Origin: Ostreococcus lucimarinus
Lineage: Eukaryota
Length of the DNA: 64,000 nucleotides
Assembly (NCBI GenBank): GCA_000092065.1
Contig: CP000601.1
Direction: 5' to 3' (one strand)
The translations under genes and the position numbers were made by a program. Each line of letters begins with the position of its first letter. Within the stretch, counting starts at the first letter, position 1. Under the pieces are notes generated by a model. That model was not told the origin of the DNA. It searched no databases and saw only the letters and a list, made by a program, of their open reading frames with translations. Positions 17,838 to 28,066 of the stretch are shown here, in pieces.

Positions 17838-18455
17838 ATGTCCCACTCCCCGTGGCACCGCCTCAACGCCACGCTCACGCTCGCCGTCGCCATTTTCGCC
17901 GTCCTCGTCGCGTGCGCGTCCGTCACCGATGTCTTTCACGCCTGCGCGCCGACGTCTTCGATGCCGTTCATGTCCCGAAGCCCGATCGTTCGAGTCGTCG
18001 ACTACGAACGCTTCGCGCGCGTCGCCGACAGCCGAGACGAGGCAGTGGTGAGGCTGGAAGTAGACTACGATCTGTCGTCGTGCGCGAGCTGGAACACGAA
18101 GATGGTGTTCGCGCACGTGACGGTGTCGTGGGAGACGGAGACGCGCGGCGTCAACGAGGCGACGATTTGGGACGACGCGGTAAAGTTTGATAGATGGGAA
18201 AGCGCGGAGAGTAAGGCGAAGAAATTGAGGAAACAGGGCGTGATACGGGCGAAGTATAAGCTACGGAGCGTGGACGAGCGGTTGTCCGGACGAGGGATGG
18301 AGGTGAAATTACGGTGGGCGGTGACGCCGCGCGCGGGACGGATTTGGCGAGGCGAAACGTCGACGTCGAATGCGACGTTTCCGGTCGAATATTTGAATGT
18401 AGGTGGAGACGGACAACGCGCGAGGGCGGCGCCGCGGACGCCGGGGATGCCTTGA
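17838..18455 (+). CDS. SPCS3: Signal peptidase complex subunit 3 (SPC22/23)
   Basis: N-terminal TM anchor followed by SWNTKMVFAHVTVSWETE, matching the SPCS3 core (NWNTKQLFVYL...). ATG at 17838. Confidence 0.65.
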   Translation: MSHSPWHRLNATLTLAVAIFAVLVACASVTDVFHACAPTSSMPFMSRSPIVRVVDYERFARVADSRDEAVVRLEVDYDLSSCASWNTKMVFAHVTVSWETETRGVNEATIWDDAVKFDRWESAESKAKKLRKQGVIRAKYKLRSVDERLSGRGMEVKLRWAVTPRAGRIWRGETSTSNATFPVEYLNVGGDGQRARAAPRTPGMP

Positions 18456-18558
18456 TTCGATCAAGAGTTTAGAGATTTGATAATCGTACAGTAGTCGTCG
18501 CGTTTCGTCGAGCGTCTAAGCTGAAGCTATTTACAGTGCGCGCGCTATTCCTACGTTT

Positions 18559-20517
18559 CTACATGTCGATTAAGTTTGGGAGCTCGTCAACGTCTGCCAT
18601 CGTCGCGCCCGTGCGCTTAGACGGCGTCACGGGGGCGAGCGTGTCTCCGGCGTCGTCGAAAGACATCAAGTTCGCCATCATGTTTGCCGCGCCCGAGACT
18701 GATTCGACGCGTGGCGGCGGTGCCGACGCGAGCGTCGGAGCCGGCGTCGGTGCCGATGCGAGCGAGTCGACGATGGGCTCGCTCATCGCCACTGGTTCGT
18801 TCACTTCGACGGCTTCGCGCTCGACCACCGGTGATTGCGTCTGCGGCGGCGCGGGAACCGGCGCCTCTGCGGTCGACGCCTCGGCGAAACTCAAATTCTT
18901 CGCCGTTCCCTCGTCCGTCCACTCCGCCCATTTCGCCTGCAAATCCTCCGAACTCTTTTCTCTGAGTTTTCCTATTGAGTGTGCGAGCTGCGAACGTTTC
19001 GATGCGAACGCCTCGCGCATGCCCTGAATCGTCTTTGACGTCGAGTACGCCTTCTTCGCCTTTCGCATCGTCTCGCGAAGCGCGGAGCTTCCCACGGAGA
19101 ACGCGTGCGACGAAGCGGAGGCGAACTGCTCGGACAACGCTTGACCTCGCATCATTAAATCAGAAAGCGTCAACTCGCCCTCTTCGAGATCGAAATCGAC
19201 GATTTCGTCCCCCATGGGCACGAAGCCGGTTTTCCTCGCCACCTGGGCGCACATGCGCAATCGCTGTCGCACGAAGACTTCGTACATTTGCGTCCCTCGC
19301 ATCGCGGCGAGAATGCCGGCGTGCTTCAAGTTTCCGAGCTCGAGTCCTCGTTGGTCGAGCCATAAACTATCGGCGATGATGGCGTCTCGAGGCGGCGGAT
19401 GCGCGACGACGCCCTTGATGTGCTGCTTGTACGGCCCGAGCACGCTCGAGAAAAACGTTCGAAACACGCGCGCCACCGCTTGCGAGTCTTCACCTCGCGT
19501 GCGCTCGATCTCCCTGAGCAACCCGACGCGAAGGAGCGTGAACGGACCGGACGGAATCGCCTCGAAATCTTCCTCAAAGTACGTGAACGATCCGTCGTCG
19601 AGATTCAACGTAAAGACGTCGTCGCACGGAAGTCGCTTCGCGTCCTCCGACAGACTCGAATGCAAACCGACCAAAAACGGCATCGGCGCCGTCAAATAAT
19701 CCAAAAACGCCTCCGGAACGACGGGTAAAAATATGTGCTGCCAACTCAGCGGATACAGCGCCGCGTTCGCCGCGTGCACCGCCGCGCTCACCGCCTCCAA
19801 CCGCCCGCTCGTCAGCACCACCCGTCGCTCCGTCACCAACGCCGCGAACAGCGCCAGCACCGCCTCCACGTGCCCGCAGTCCAACAGCGCCGTAAATTTT
19901 ATCCCCCCGTTAAACTCCTTCCTCAGATCCGGCGCTCGCAGCCGCACGCTCTGCGTCGCGACGCCCGCGAACTCGGTCCACGGCAGCCCGACGTCCGCCG
20001 TCGTCCCCGCCGTCGGCGCCCGCGTCCCGATCGTTCGATCCAGGTACTCCCACAGCGCGTCCCCCCGCGCGAGTTCCCGCGTCGTCCCGCGCGCCGTCGC
20101 GTCCAGCGCCTCCATCGCGCGCGTCATCGCGTGTCGCAGGACGTCGTCGTGGTACTCGAACCGCGCCGTCCGCGTCAGCGCCGCCGCCGCCCGCCTCGCG
20201 CCGACGCGTCGCACCGCCCCGATCGTCCGCGCGCCGTCCGCGCGCGTCAGGCAAAACGTGAATCGCGTCGTCGTCGTCGCGCCGTCCGTCGTCCGCGCGC
20301 GCGCCGCGGCGCGACGCTCGGGAAACGCGAATCTCCCGTCGACGACGTTCGCGCACATCGCGCGCAGCTCCGCGGCGAGCGCGCCGTCGTCGCCCGCGAG
20401 CGTCGCGAACACCACCGTCGGAGTCCCGTCGTCGTCGTCGATCGCGACGAACGCGGCGCCGGTCGCCGCGTCGGTCGCGCGCGACATTCGCGAAGCGCCG
20501 ACGCGATGCCGCGTCAC
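18559..20517 (-). CDS. DENN-domain protein (uDENN-DENN-dDENN)
   Basis: uDENN-like FAFPERR...FTFCLTRADG, and a core DENN segment LTSGRLEAVSAAVHAANAALYPLSWQHIFLPVVPEAFLDYLTAPMPFLVGL. Confidence 0.7.
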   Translation of the reverse strand: MTRHRVGASRMSRATDAATGAAFVAIDDDDGTPTVVFATLAGDDGALAAELRAMCANVVDGRFAFPERRAAARARTTDGATTTTRFTFCLTRADGARTIGAVRRVGARRAAAALTRTARFEYHDDVLRHAMTRAMEALDATARGTTRELARGDALWEYLDRTIGTRAPTAGTTADVGLPWTEFAGVATQSVRLRAPDLRKEFNGGIKFTALLDCGHVEAVLALFAALVTERRVVLTSGRLEAVSAAVHAANAALYPLSWQHIFLPVVPEAFLDYLTAPMPFLVGLHSSLSEDAKRLPCDDVFTLNLDDGSFTYFEEDFEAIPSGPFTLLRVGLLREIERTRGEDSQAVARVFRTFFSSVLGPYKQHIKGVVAHPPPRDAIIADSLWLDQRGLELGNLKHAGILAAMRGTQMYEVFVRQRLRMCAQVARKTGFVPMGDEIVDFDLEEGELTLSDLMMRGQALSEQFASASSHAFSVGSSALRETMRKAKKAYSTSKTIQGMREAFASKRSQLAHSIGKLREKSSEDLQAKWAEWTDEGTAKNLSFAEASTAEAPVPAPPQTQSPVVEREAVEVNEPVAMSEPIVDSLASAPTPAPTLASAPPPRVESVSGAANMMANLMSFDDAGDTLAPVTPSKRTGATMADVDELPNLIDM

Positions 20518-20645
20518 AATCTGACGCCGCGCGTCGTCGCGCGGCCCCGCGAGCGCGCGCGCGCGCGCGGGATGCTCGAGCGCGACGCGCGTCGCGCGCG
20601 ACGCGCGTCGGCGACGGCGTAGGCGCGAGCGACGCGACGCGCGCG

Positions 20646-20773
20646 ATGGAGAGCGATTTCGGCTGGGACGGCGCGGTCGACGACCGAGACGACGCGCGCG
20701 CGATCGACGACGGCGACGACGACGAAGAAGAAGAAGAAGAATCGTCCGCGCTCGCGAGGTCGCGCGACGCGTT

Positions 20774-20804
<31 letters not shown>

Positions 20805-23024
20805 CGGCGACGGCGACGACGCGCGACGGGACGACGGGCGACGACGGCGGCGACGGCGTTCGAGCGAACCGTCGCGGCGTGGACGGCGAAAGACCTGACG
20901 GCGAACGCGCGGGAGGGCGAGGGCGGGCGGATGGTGGCGGCGCGCGCGACGTACGCGAGCGCGGACGCGTGGTACGCGACGTGCGAGGCGTTGGCGTACG
21001 AGGAGGCGCGGGCGACGACGGCGGCGGCGACGTCGCGAGGACGAGGCGAAGCGTTCGACGCGGAGGTGGTGGAGACGCGCGCGAGCGATGGATTCGTGGA
21101 GCTGAGCGCGCGACGCGTCGGTGGCGAGAAGACGGCGAGGCGCGGAGGCGACGACGCGGATTGGCGTCGACCGGCGACGGTGGTGCTGTTGCGTCGCGCC
21201 GACGACGAGACGCGCTCGGCGCTCGCGCTCGTGCGGGGACGCGGCGACGCGCGGGGCGCGGACGTCGTGCCGCTGTTGGCGAAACGTTCGCGCATTTTCG
21301 ACGACGTCGAGGGCGTCGAGTTTAAAGCCGTCGCGCTGGCGTCGCTCGTCTCGTATCAGCGCATGGCGCACGCGTGCTTCGTGCGACCGCGCGTGGCGTT
21401 TGCGCACCAAATCGTCGGCGCCAAACGCGCGACGCACATAAAATTTAGCGATTCCGACGAAGACGACGACGAGCGAGTCGACGGGAAAAGTGGTGTCGAG
21501 GGTGATGATGAATCCTCGTGCGACGAGCGCGAGGGCGAGTACGTTTTACCGCTGAATGCGTCGCAGCGACGGGCGTTGCGTCGATTCTTCGCGCGCGACG
21601 GGCATTTCGATCAGTTACAAATGGTTCAAGGACCGCCGGGATGTGGGAAGACGCACTTCATCGTATCGCTCCTCGCGGTGCTCGCGGCGAAGAAACAGCG
21701 CGTACTCGTGTGCGCGCCGAGCAACAAGGCTGTGTGCGTCGTGATGGAACTTTACCTGCGAACGTGCGGCGAAGACGCCGCGCCGTGCGTGCTCACGGGC
21801 GCCGAGGATACGTTGCGAGAGGCGTCGTCGGTCGACGGCGGGGCGATGGATTATTTCATTTTCGAACGTTGCAACGTCATCGCGTCGTCTTTTCGACGAT
21901 CTTTCGTTTCGGGAGGCGACGGCATTCGCGAGAGCGCGAAAGCCGCGCGGCGAGCTCTGGAATCCATAGCGCCTTCGTTTTGCAAGGGCGTCGTCGCCGA
22001 AGGTCTCTCCGCCGTCGCCGCGATGGACGACGAAGCGTCCATGCGCGCTCGAGGTGAGGAGATCGCGCGAGAAATCGAAAAGGGCTCGGGGCGCGGTGAG
22101 CGTTCGGATGAATTCGCGCGCGAAGCTTTGAATCGCGCGAGCTTGGTGTTCTGCACGCTCGCGAGCGCAGGCCAGTCGATCATGTCTTCGCTCGAGCAGC
22201 CCGACGCCCTCGTCGTGGACGAAGCCGCGCAGGCGCTCGAGCCGGAGATTGCGATTCCATTTTTGCGGTATCCAAGAAAAGCACTGCTCGTGGGCGATCC
22301 TGCGCAGTTGCCAGCCACGTTGATCTCGGAAATCGCTCGACGTCACGGCCACGCGACTTCGCTCATGGAACGATTGATGTCCGCGAACGCCGAGCGCGCG
22401 AGTTTGCTCGACACGCAATACCGAATGCATCCGTCGATCGCGAGTTGGCCTGCAGCGCAATTTTACGGTGGACGCCTCGCGAACGCCGATCACGTGTTGA
22501 CGCGAAATCTCCCGCAAGGTCTTTCATCCAGCGTGCCGTCGTACGCCTTCGTGGACGTGGCGAGCGTCGAGAGTGGCGGAGTGGGAAAATCGAAGTGGAA
22601 CCAGCGCGAGGCCGACGTCGCGTGTGCGCTGATTCGAGCGTTGAAAACCAAGTCTCCGACGCTTTTCGTCGTGTGCATTACGTTTTACAGCGCGCAAGTT
22701 CGTGCCATCGCTCGAGCTTTGCAACGAGCAGGCGTTCGCGATGTGGCGGTGCACAGCGTCGATTCGTTTCAAGGAAGCGAGGCGGACGTCGTCGTGTGTT
22801 CCGCCGTGCGAAGCAACGCAAAGGCGAACGTGGGATTTTTATCCGATAAACGTCGTCTCAACGTCGCGCTGACGCGCGCAAAATATTCCTCAATTGTCCT
22901 CGGGTCGCGCGATACGTTGTCTCGATGCGGCGTCGACGCGTTGCGTTCGCTCGTCGAAGACGCCGCGGCGCGCGACGTCATCGTCTCCGAGCATGACATC
23001 GTGCGTAGAATTATTAGAAATTAG
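20646..23024 (+). CDS. Superfamily-1B helicase (UPF1/SEN1/AAA_11-AAA_12 type)
   Basis: Walker A GPPGCGKTH, motif II VVDEAAQ, LLVGDPAQLPAT, DTQYRMHPSIASWPAAQFYGGRL, VDSFQGSEADVVV and FLSDKRRLNVALTRAK. The N-terminal poly-Asp/Glu region is low complexity. Confidence 0.85.
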
Positions 23025-23088
23025 CTACAGTAGTCGATGTAGTCGATGTAGAAGTACTAGGCTATCGCAGCGCCGACGTGTCGAAATC

Positions 23089-24039
23089 TCACGCCAACCC
23101 TTGGCTCTTCAAACGCTGGATGAACAAATTAATCGGCGACAGGAGCTGCTGCGGATCCTCCATCGTCGCCACGGTGCCGCAGCCCTCGATCTCGATCCAG
23201 CTCGTCTTGCTCGCCTTCATCAACGAATTCATCACGATCGTGTCCTTGTACCAAGGGCTGCTCGTTCCCGCCAAAATCATCGCGTCTATGTCTAACGACG
23301 CGTACACGTGCTCGTTATCCAATCGATGCAACGCCGCGTCGTAATACGCCAACGTCGCCTCCGGGTTCATCTCTCGCATCTCCCTTCGCGCCGTCTGCGC
23401 CAGATCGCTCTCGTACATCCCATTCGACCCACCAAGTCCGCGATAACTAAACATTCGCTTCAGCAAGTGTTTCAACGTCCACGGCGTCCATCCGTGACGC
23501 TTCAAATTAAACTTGCAAACCGCCCCCAACGCGTGCTCCATCGTCCTCGCTCGTCCGCAACTCGGCGACACGAATATTCCCGCCCGACACGCGCTCGAGT
23601 GTCGTCCCGCGTACAGCGCCATCACCGTCGCTCCCGCGCCGACCCCCAAGCACGTCACATCGCGCAATCCAAAGTGTTTCACGACGTCCTCGACGATCTC
23701 CGCGTGCGCGTCCAGCGTCGTCGCCGTCGTCGCCGCGTCCCCGTCCCCGCCTCGATCTCGCCCCCGCGCGCCGTCCTGGCACCCCGGGGCGTCGATGTGA
23801 TACGCGCAGAACCTGCTGACGAGGTCGCTCCGCGGTCCCGCGCACACGAACAGCGGCTGGAAGCACGTGCGGTGGTTTAAACCGACGTCGTGGTAGGTGA
23901 CGAGCGCGGGTCTCGAGCGATCGGCGCCCTGCGCGGTGACGGTGACGGGGCCGTGGCGCGTCGGCACGACGTGCGCGACGCCCGAGACGTCGAAGGACGC
24001 CGCGGGTAACAGATCGAGCCCGTCCTCGGGGAGCGACAT
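23089..24039 (-). CDS. NDRG: NDRG-family alpha/beta-hydrolase-fold protein
   Basis: TYHDVGLNHRTCFQPLF...FCAYHIDAPGCQDGA matches the Ndr family signature (HDxGLNHKxCF...HVDAPGQ). Confidence 0.8.
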   Translation of the reverse strand: MSLPEDGLDLLPAASFDVSGVAHVVPTRHGPVTVTAQGADRSRPALVTYHDVGLNHRTCFQPLFVCAGPRSDLVSRFCAYHIDAPGCQDGARGRDRGGDGDAATTATTLDAHAEIVEDVVKHFGLRDVTCLGVGAGATVMALYAGRHSSACRAGIFVSPSCGRARTMEHALGAVCKFNLKRHGWTPWTLKHLLKRMFSYRGLGGSNGMYESDLAQTARREMREMNPEATLAYYDAALHRLDNEHVYASLDIDAMILAGTSSPWYKDTIVMNSLMKASKTSWIEIEGCGTVATMEDPQQLLSPINLFIQRLKSQGLA

Positions 24040-24139
24040 GACGGGACGGCGCGCGACACGCGCGACGACGAGTGCGGCGCCGGCGGCGCGGCGAACGCGA
24101 AGGCGACGCGCGAAGCGCGCGGAATTCTCACGCGAGTTC

Positions 24140-24772
24140 TCACGCGAAGCGCGCGTTGGCGTTCAACGCCAACCCGAGCTTAAAATCTAAATCGTCTCCC
24201 GGATCGACGAGCGCGCCGCGGACGAGCGCGGCGTGGCGTTGACGCATCTCGCCCAGGAGCGCTCGACTCTCGAGCGAGAAATCGTCCGCGGAATCGAAGG
24301 GTTCGTCTGCGAACACCATGTCCTTCAAAACCTCCCGCGGCGACTTGGCGCACCCGAGGCGAGCGTCCGCGAACACGCATCCCCACGGATCGCCGTCGCG
24401 GTCGGCGTCCTTCGCGAGGACGATTTCGAGCGCGTCCGACGCGACGCTCCACGCCGTCTCGTCCGCCTTGACTCGCCGCGCGAGCGCGCCGGATAATCCC
24501 TCGACGACGCCGTGCCACGACGTCCACACCGTCAGCGCGCCGTCGTCGACCGTCACGCGCACGTCCCGCCCGCGCGTGTTCGCGGGCAGTTCGACGGTGA
24601 TCTCCACCGTCGACGTCGTTTGATTCCACAACGCAATCTCCGTCCAGCACCTCGAAGAACCGCGACACGCGGACGACCACGCGCGACGCGCGCGCGCCGA
24701 GTCGGCGTCGCCGTCGGCGCGCGCGACGCATCCGTCGCTGTCGTACCCATCGTCGGCGTCGCCGGCGCCCAT
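24140..24772 (-). CDS. CS-domain (p23/NudC-like) protein, tentative
   Basis: WNQTTSTVEITVELPANTRGRDVRVTVDDGALTVW resembles a CS/p23 beta-sandwich. The ORF extends to 25057 with an Arg-rich, unlikely leader. Confidence 0.4.
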   Translation of the reverse strand: MGAGDADDGYDSDGCVARADGDADSARARRAWSSACRGSSRCWTEIALWNQTTSTVEITVELPANTRGRDVRVTVDDGALTVWTSWHGVVEGLSGALARRVKADETAWSVASDALEIVLAKDADRDGDPWGCVFADARLGCAKSPREVLKDMVFADEPFDSADDFSLESRALLGEMRQRHAALVRGALVDPGDDLDFKLGLALNANARFA

Positions 24773-25149
24773 CGTCGCGCGCGTCGCCGTGTGACGCGTT
24801 TTCCGTCGACGTGCGTTTCGCGCTCGAGTAAAATAAAAACGGTCCGTCGCGCGCGCCGCCGTCGGCCTTCGACGCGCGTCGCGTCGCGCGCGCGTCGCGT
24901 CGCGCGCGCGGGGGCGTCGAAAACGAAGCGATCCATCGTTTTCGGCGCGTCGCGTCGCCCGTCGTCGCGCGCGTCGCGTCGCGACGCGCGCGTGCCGGCG
25001 CCGAATCGGCAAAAAAAAACGGTTTAGGTCGCGCGACGGACGGCGCGCGGCGCGCACACCGCGTCGCTTCGCGCGGCGTCGCGCGACGCTCGACGCCTCG
25101 GCGCGCGCGCGAGCGAAGGAACCGGACGACGACGCGCGCGGTCGACGCG

Positions 25150-26958
25150 ATGACGGCGTCCGGCGCGTCGGCCGCGGCGCGCGCGACGCGCGCGGACGTC
25201 GAAACGATCGGCGCCGAGGTCTTTCGAGACGCCGTCGACGACGGTTTGCACGACGCGGTGTGCGCGTGGGTCGCGGAAGAGCTCGAGCGAGGACGGCGAG
25301 GGGAGCTTGAGGGTAAGACGCACGCGCCGGTGCCGCCGAAGTGGGCGCGAAGGGATCAGTCGAGGGAGATGCTGCAGTACGGGACGTACACGCACAGTAA
25401 CCGAGTGGACGCGGAGACGCGCGTAGCGGCGATGCCGGCGATGTTTGAAGACGTGCTGGACGCGCTGGTGGCGAGAGGGGTGATCGGGAAGGATGAAAAG
25501 ATGGATTCGTGCACGGTGAACGTGTACGGGAAGGGACAGTGGATACCGCCGCACATCGATAATCCGACGTTCGCGCGGCCGTTTGTGACGGTTTCGTTGG
25601 CGAGCGCGCAGACGATGACGATGGGGCGAGGGATGCTGTGGCCGAGTGGGGACGAAAAACCGGATCCGGGGGTCGTTTATGAGGGGGAGGAGTTCAGGGT
25701 GGTGCTTCCGGCGAAATCGGCGGTGCGCATGGAGGGAAGGGCGGCGGACGAGTACGAGCACGCGATTCCGCCCGTGAGCGAGGATAGGATTTCGCTCACG
25801 TTTAGACGACGAATGGCGGCGAATACCGAAGGCGACGCGATCGCGGCGCAGATGGCGATGACGGAGCAGTTTCGAGCGATGTATAGGGAAAAGCGCGCGG
25901 TCGGTCGAGACGATTCGTTGAAGGAACCCAAGGAAGTTTCCGAGGAGCAGAGACGACGCGAGAGCATCGCCGCCGAGAGGGCGGCGATCAAGGCGGCGCG
26001 AGAGGAGCGTAAGAAGGCGAAACAGTTGCGCAAGGAAGGTAAGCGGTCGGATGCGCTCGAAATGGAAGAGGCGACGAGGAAGAATCCGTCGCCGTCCGTA
26101 AAAACGAGCGTGTCGAACGCAGGGACGACGGCGACAGAGTTGGTGAAGAAGCCGCCCAAGCGAGCGTGCGCCGTGGTGCCAGAAAATTTCATAGACGCCG
26201 CGGAAAAGGTGACAGCGATGCCCGAAGTCGAGCGCGAGCACGTGCAGAAGGTGTACGATATCGTCGCGCAGCAATGGCACGGCACGAGGTATCGCGCGTG
26301 GACCGGGGTGGAGGCTTTCGTTAGGAAACAGCCGCCCGGTTTGCTCGCCGCGGACGTCGGATGCGGCAACGGTAAGAACATTCCCGAAATCGTCAAGGGC
26401 GGTGGTTTCGCGCTCGGAAGCGACTTTAGCAGAGGCTTGATTGAAATCTGTCGCGATAGCGGATACGAGGTAATGGTGGCCGACGCCGTTATTTTGCCGT
26501 ATCGATCCGACGTGTTCGACTACGCGCTCAACATCGCCGTGTTGCATCACATATCGTCTCCCGAACGTCGCGTGGAGCTCGTAAAGGAAACGATGCGCAT
26601 CGTCAAGGTTGGTGGTGTCGCATTATTCTACGCCTGGGCGCTCGAGCAAGAGCAAGGGGGGGTTTCTGGTCACCAATTTGAAGGCCAAGACGTCTTGGTG
26701 CCGTTTCATAACAAGATCAAAGTCAAGGGCGTCGCGCCCGAGGACGAGCGAGAGCGCCAATCGCGCGTGAGCGGCGCGCCCACGCACGGTGAGGCCGATC
26801 GCGAGAAACGATCGGTTGTGTATCAGCGATATTGTCACGTGTACACCGAGGGTGAGCTTCCAAAGCTGTTTGAAAACCTTCCTTGGTGCGAGGTCACGGC
26901 GGCGTATTACGATCACGGCAACTGGTGCGTCGAGGTTTTGAAGACGTCTCGTCCTTAG
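25150..26958 (+). CDS. ALKBH8: ALKBH8-like protein: N-terminal AlkB 2OG-Fe(II) dioxygenase domain plus C-terminal Trm9-type SAM methyltransferase (tRNA wobble-uridine modification)
   Basis: AlkB-like HxD...H context (WIPPHIDNP..., RISLTFRRR) and the class I MTase motif LLAADVGCGNGKN with a Trm9-like tail (VLHHISSPERR). Confidence 0.75.
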   Translation: MTASGASAAARATRADVETIGAEVFRDAVDDGLHDAVCAWVAEELERGRRGELEGKTHAPVPPKWARRDQSREMLQYGTYTHSNRVDAETRVAAMPAMFEDVLDALVARGVIGKDEKMDSCTVNVYGKGQWIPPHIDNPTFARPFVTVSLASAQTMTMGRGMLWPSGDEKPDPGVVYEGEEFRVVLPAKSAVRMEGRAADEYEHAIPPVSEDRISLTFRRRMAANTEGDAIAAQMAMTEQFRAMYREKRAVGRDDSLKEPKEVSEEQRRRESIAAERAAIKAAREERKKAKQLRKEGKRSDALEMEEATRKNPSPSVKTSVSNAGTTATELVKKPPKRACAVVPENFIDAAEKVTAMPEVEREHVQKVYDIVAQQWHGTRYRAWTGVEAFVRKQPPGLLAADVGCGNGKNIPEIVKGGGFALGSDFSRGLIEICRDSGYEVMVADAVILPYRSDVFDYALNIAVLHHISSPERRVELVKETMRIVKVGGVALFYAWALEQEQGGVSGHQFEGQDVLVPFHNKIKVKGVAPEDERERQSRVSGAPTHGEADREKRSVVYQRYCHVYTEGELPKLFENLPWCEVTAAYYDHGNWCVEVLKTSRP

Positions 26959-27014
26959 ATGTCGTACGCGTCACCTTACAAAACTACTACTCGTACCGCG
27001 GATTGTCATCGTCA

Positions 27015-27992
27015 TCATCTGTACTCTATTCTCACCGCCTTGCGCGTTTTGTGCACCTCGTGCCTGGCCTGCTTAATTCTCCTTCGCGCGTCCTTGTAAA
27101 TTTCGTTCGCCTCCTTCCACGCCTTTTTCGCCTCGTCGAGCTCGGCTTTGGCGTTCGCGTACCGCGCGTTATTCTCCACCTGCGACAGCCTTCTCGGTCG
27201 CACGACGGAATCATCCATCATCGCCTTCATCGCGTTCCAATTCCCATCGTCGCGCACGTACCGCGCGCTCGCGTCGTCCCCGTCCACCTCCGTCACGACG
27301 GCGTCGAACGCCTCGCGCACCCGCGCCCACTCCTCAAACGTCAACGTCGCCCCCGCGTACTCCAAGTATCCGTTCACGTTCCCGCACGCCATGCGCCACT
27401 TCTCCGGTATCCCATTCACGCCGTCACCGTCACCGTCACCGTCACCGTCACCGCGCGCCTCGGACGTCGTCGCGTCGTCCGCCGCCTCGCGCGTCTCGAA
27501 CGCCTCCGTCGCCTCGATCGCCTCGTGCGCGAATCGCCGCGCGAGCGCCGTCGCCTCCGCCTCGCACTTTCCCACCTCCCTCGCCACCGCTCGCGCCGCC
27601 GCCGACCCATCCTCCGCCTCCAGCGACGCTCGCACGCGTCCCAGTCGCCCGCCGACGCGCGCGCTCCACCGTTCACAAATCTTCGCGACGCACGCCGTCT
27701 CGCCGCGCGTCGCGCGCCGACGCCGAATCGCGCCGACGTAGCACATCGCCGTCATCGCCTCCGCGTCGATCGCGCGTCGGCTTTCGCGCAGGAGCTCGAA
27801 CGCGCGCGTCGCGCGCGGCGTCGCGCGCGCGAACGCGTCGAGCGCGTCGCGGTCGTCGGCGCTCGAGCGCGTCGCGGTCGCGTCGGCGCGCGCGGCGCGG
27901 CGGCGGCGAATCGGCGCCGGTCGACGGCGCGCGACGGCGCGCGCGGGCGCGCTCGAGCGCGCGGGCGAGCGCGCGCGGGCGGCGGCGCGCAT
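27015..27992 (-). CDS. Hypothetical protein with (GD)n tract and basic/KW-rich C-terminus
   Basis: 325-aa ORF. It contains the (GTCACC)5.5 microsatellite at 27421-27453, which encodes GDGDGDGDGDG. Confidence 0.35.
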   Translation of the reverse strand: MRAAARARSPARSSAPARAVARRRPAPIRRRRAARADATATRSSADDRDALDAFARATPRATRAFELLRESRRAIDAEAMTAMCYVGAIRRRRATRGETACVAKICERWSARVGGRLGRVRASLEAEDGSAAARAVAREVGKCEAEATALARRFAHEAIEATEAFETREAADDATTSEARGDGDGDGDGDGVNGIPEKWRMACGNVNGYLEYAGATLTFEEWARVREAFDAVVTEVDGDDASARYVRDDGNWNAMKAMMDDSVVRPRRLSQVENNARYANAKAELDEAKKAWKEANEIYKDARRRIKQARHEVHKTRKAVRIEYR

Positions 27993-28066
27993 GCGTCGAC
28001 GCGCGGGCGCGCCCGACGGCGCGCGCGCGGCAGAGCGCGACGCGGTGTGCGGCGAAAGGATTCGTC

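Noticed and set aside
19910-21437. Long minus-strand ORFs (461 aa and 307 aa, Arg/Ala/Asp-rich) overlapping the DENN gene and the helicase 5' region
   Set aside because: They have low-complexity Arg/Ala composition typical of antisense or out-of-frame reading of GC-rich coding DNA and no domain signal. The opposite-strand or alternative-frame genes have clear homology.
25024-26550. 508-aa minus-strand ORF antisense to the ALKBH8-like gene. Also 29724..31331(-) antisense to MLH1/aminopeptidase P, 33001..34206(+) antisense to EFL, 14651..15673(-) antisense to CDC20/CDH1, and 37646..38728(-) antisense to CCT6
   Set aside because: All are His/Arg/Pro-rich mirror-image ORFs of strongly GC3-biased genes with excellent homology on the other strand. 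They are standard GC-rich artefacts.
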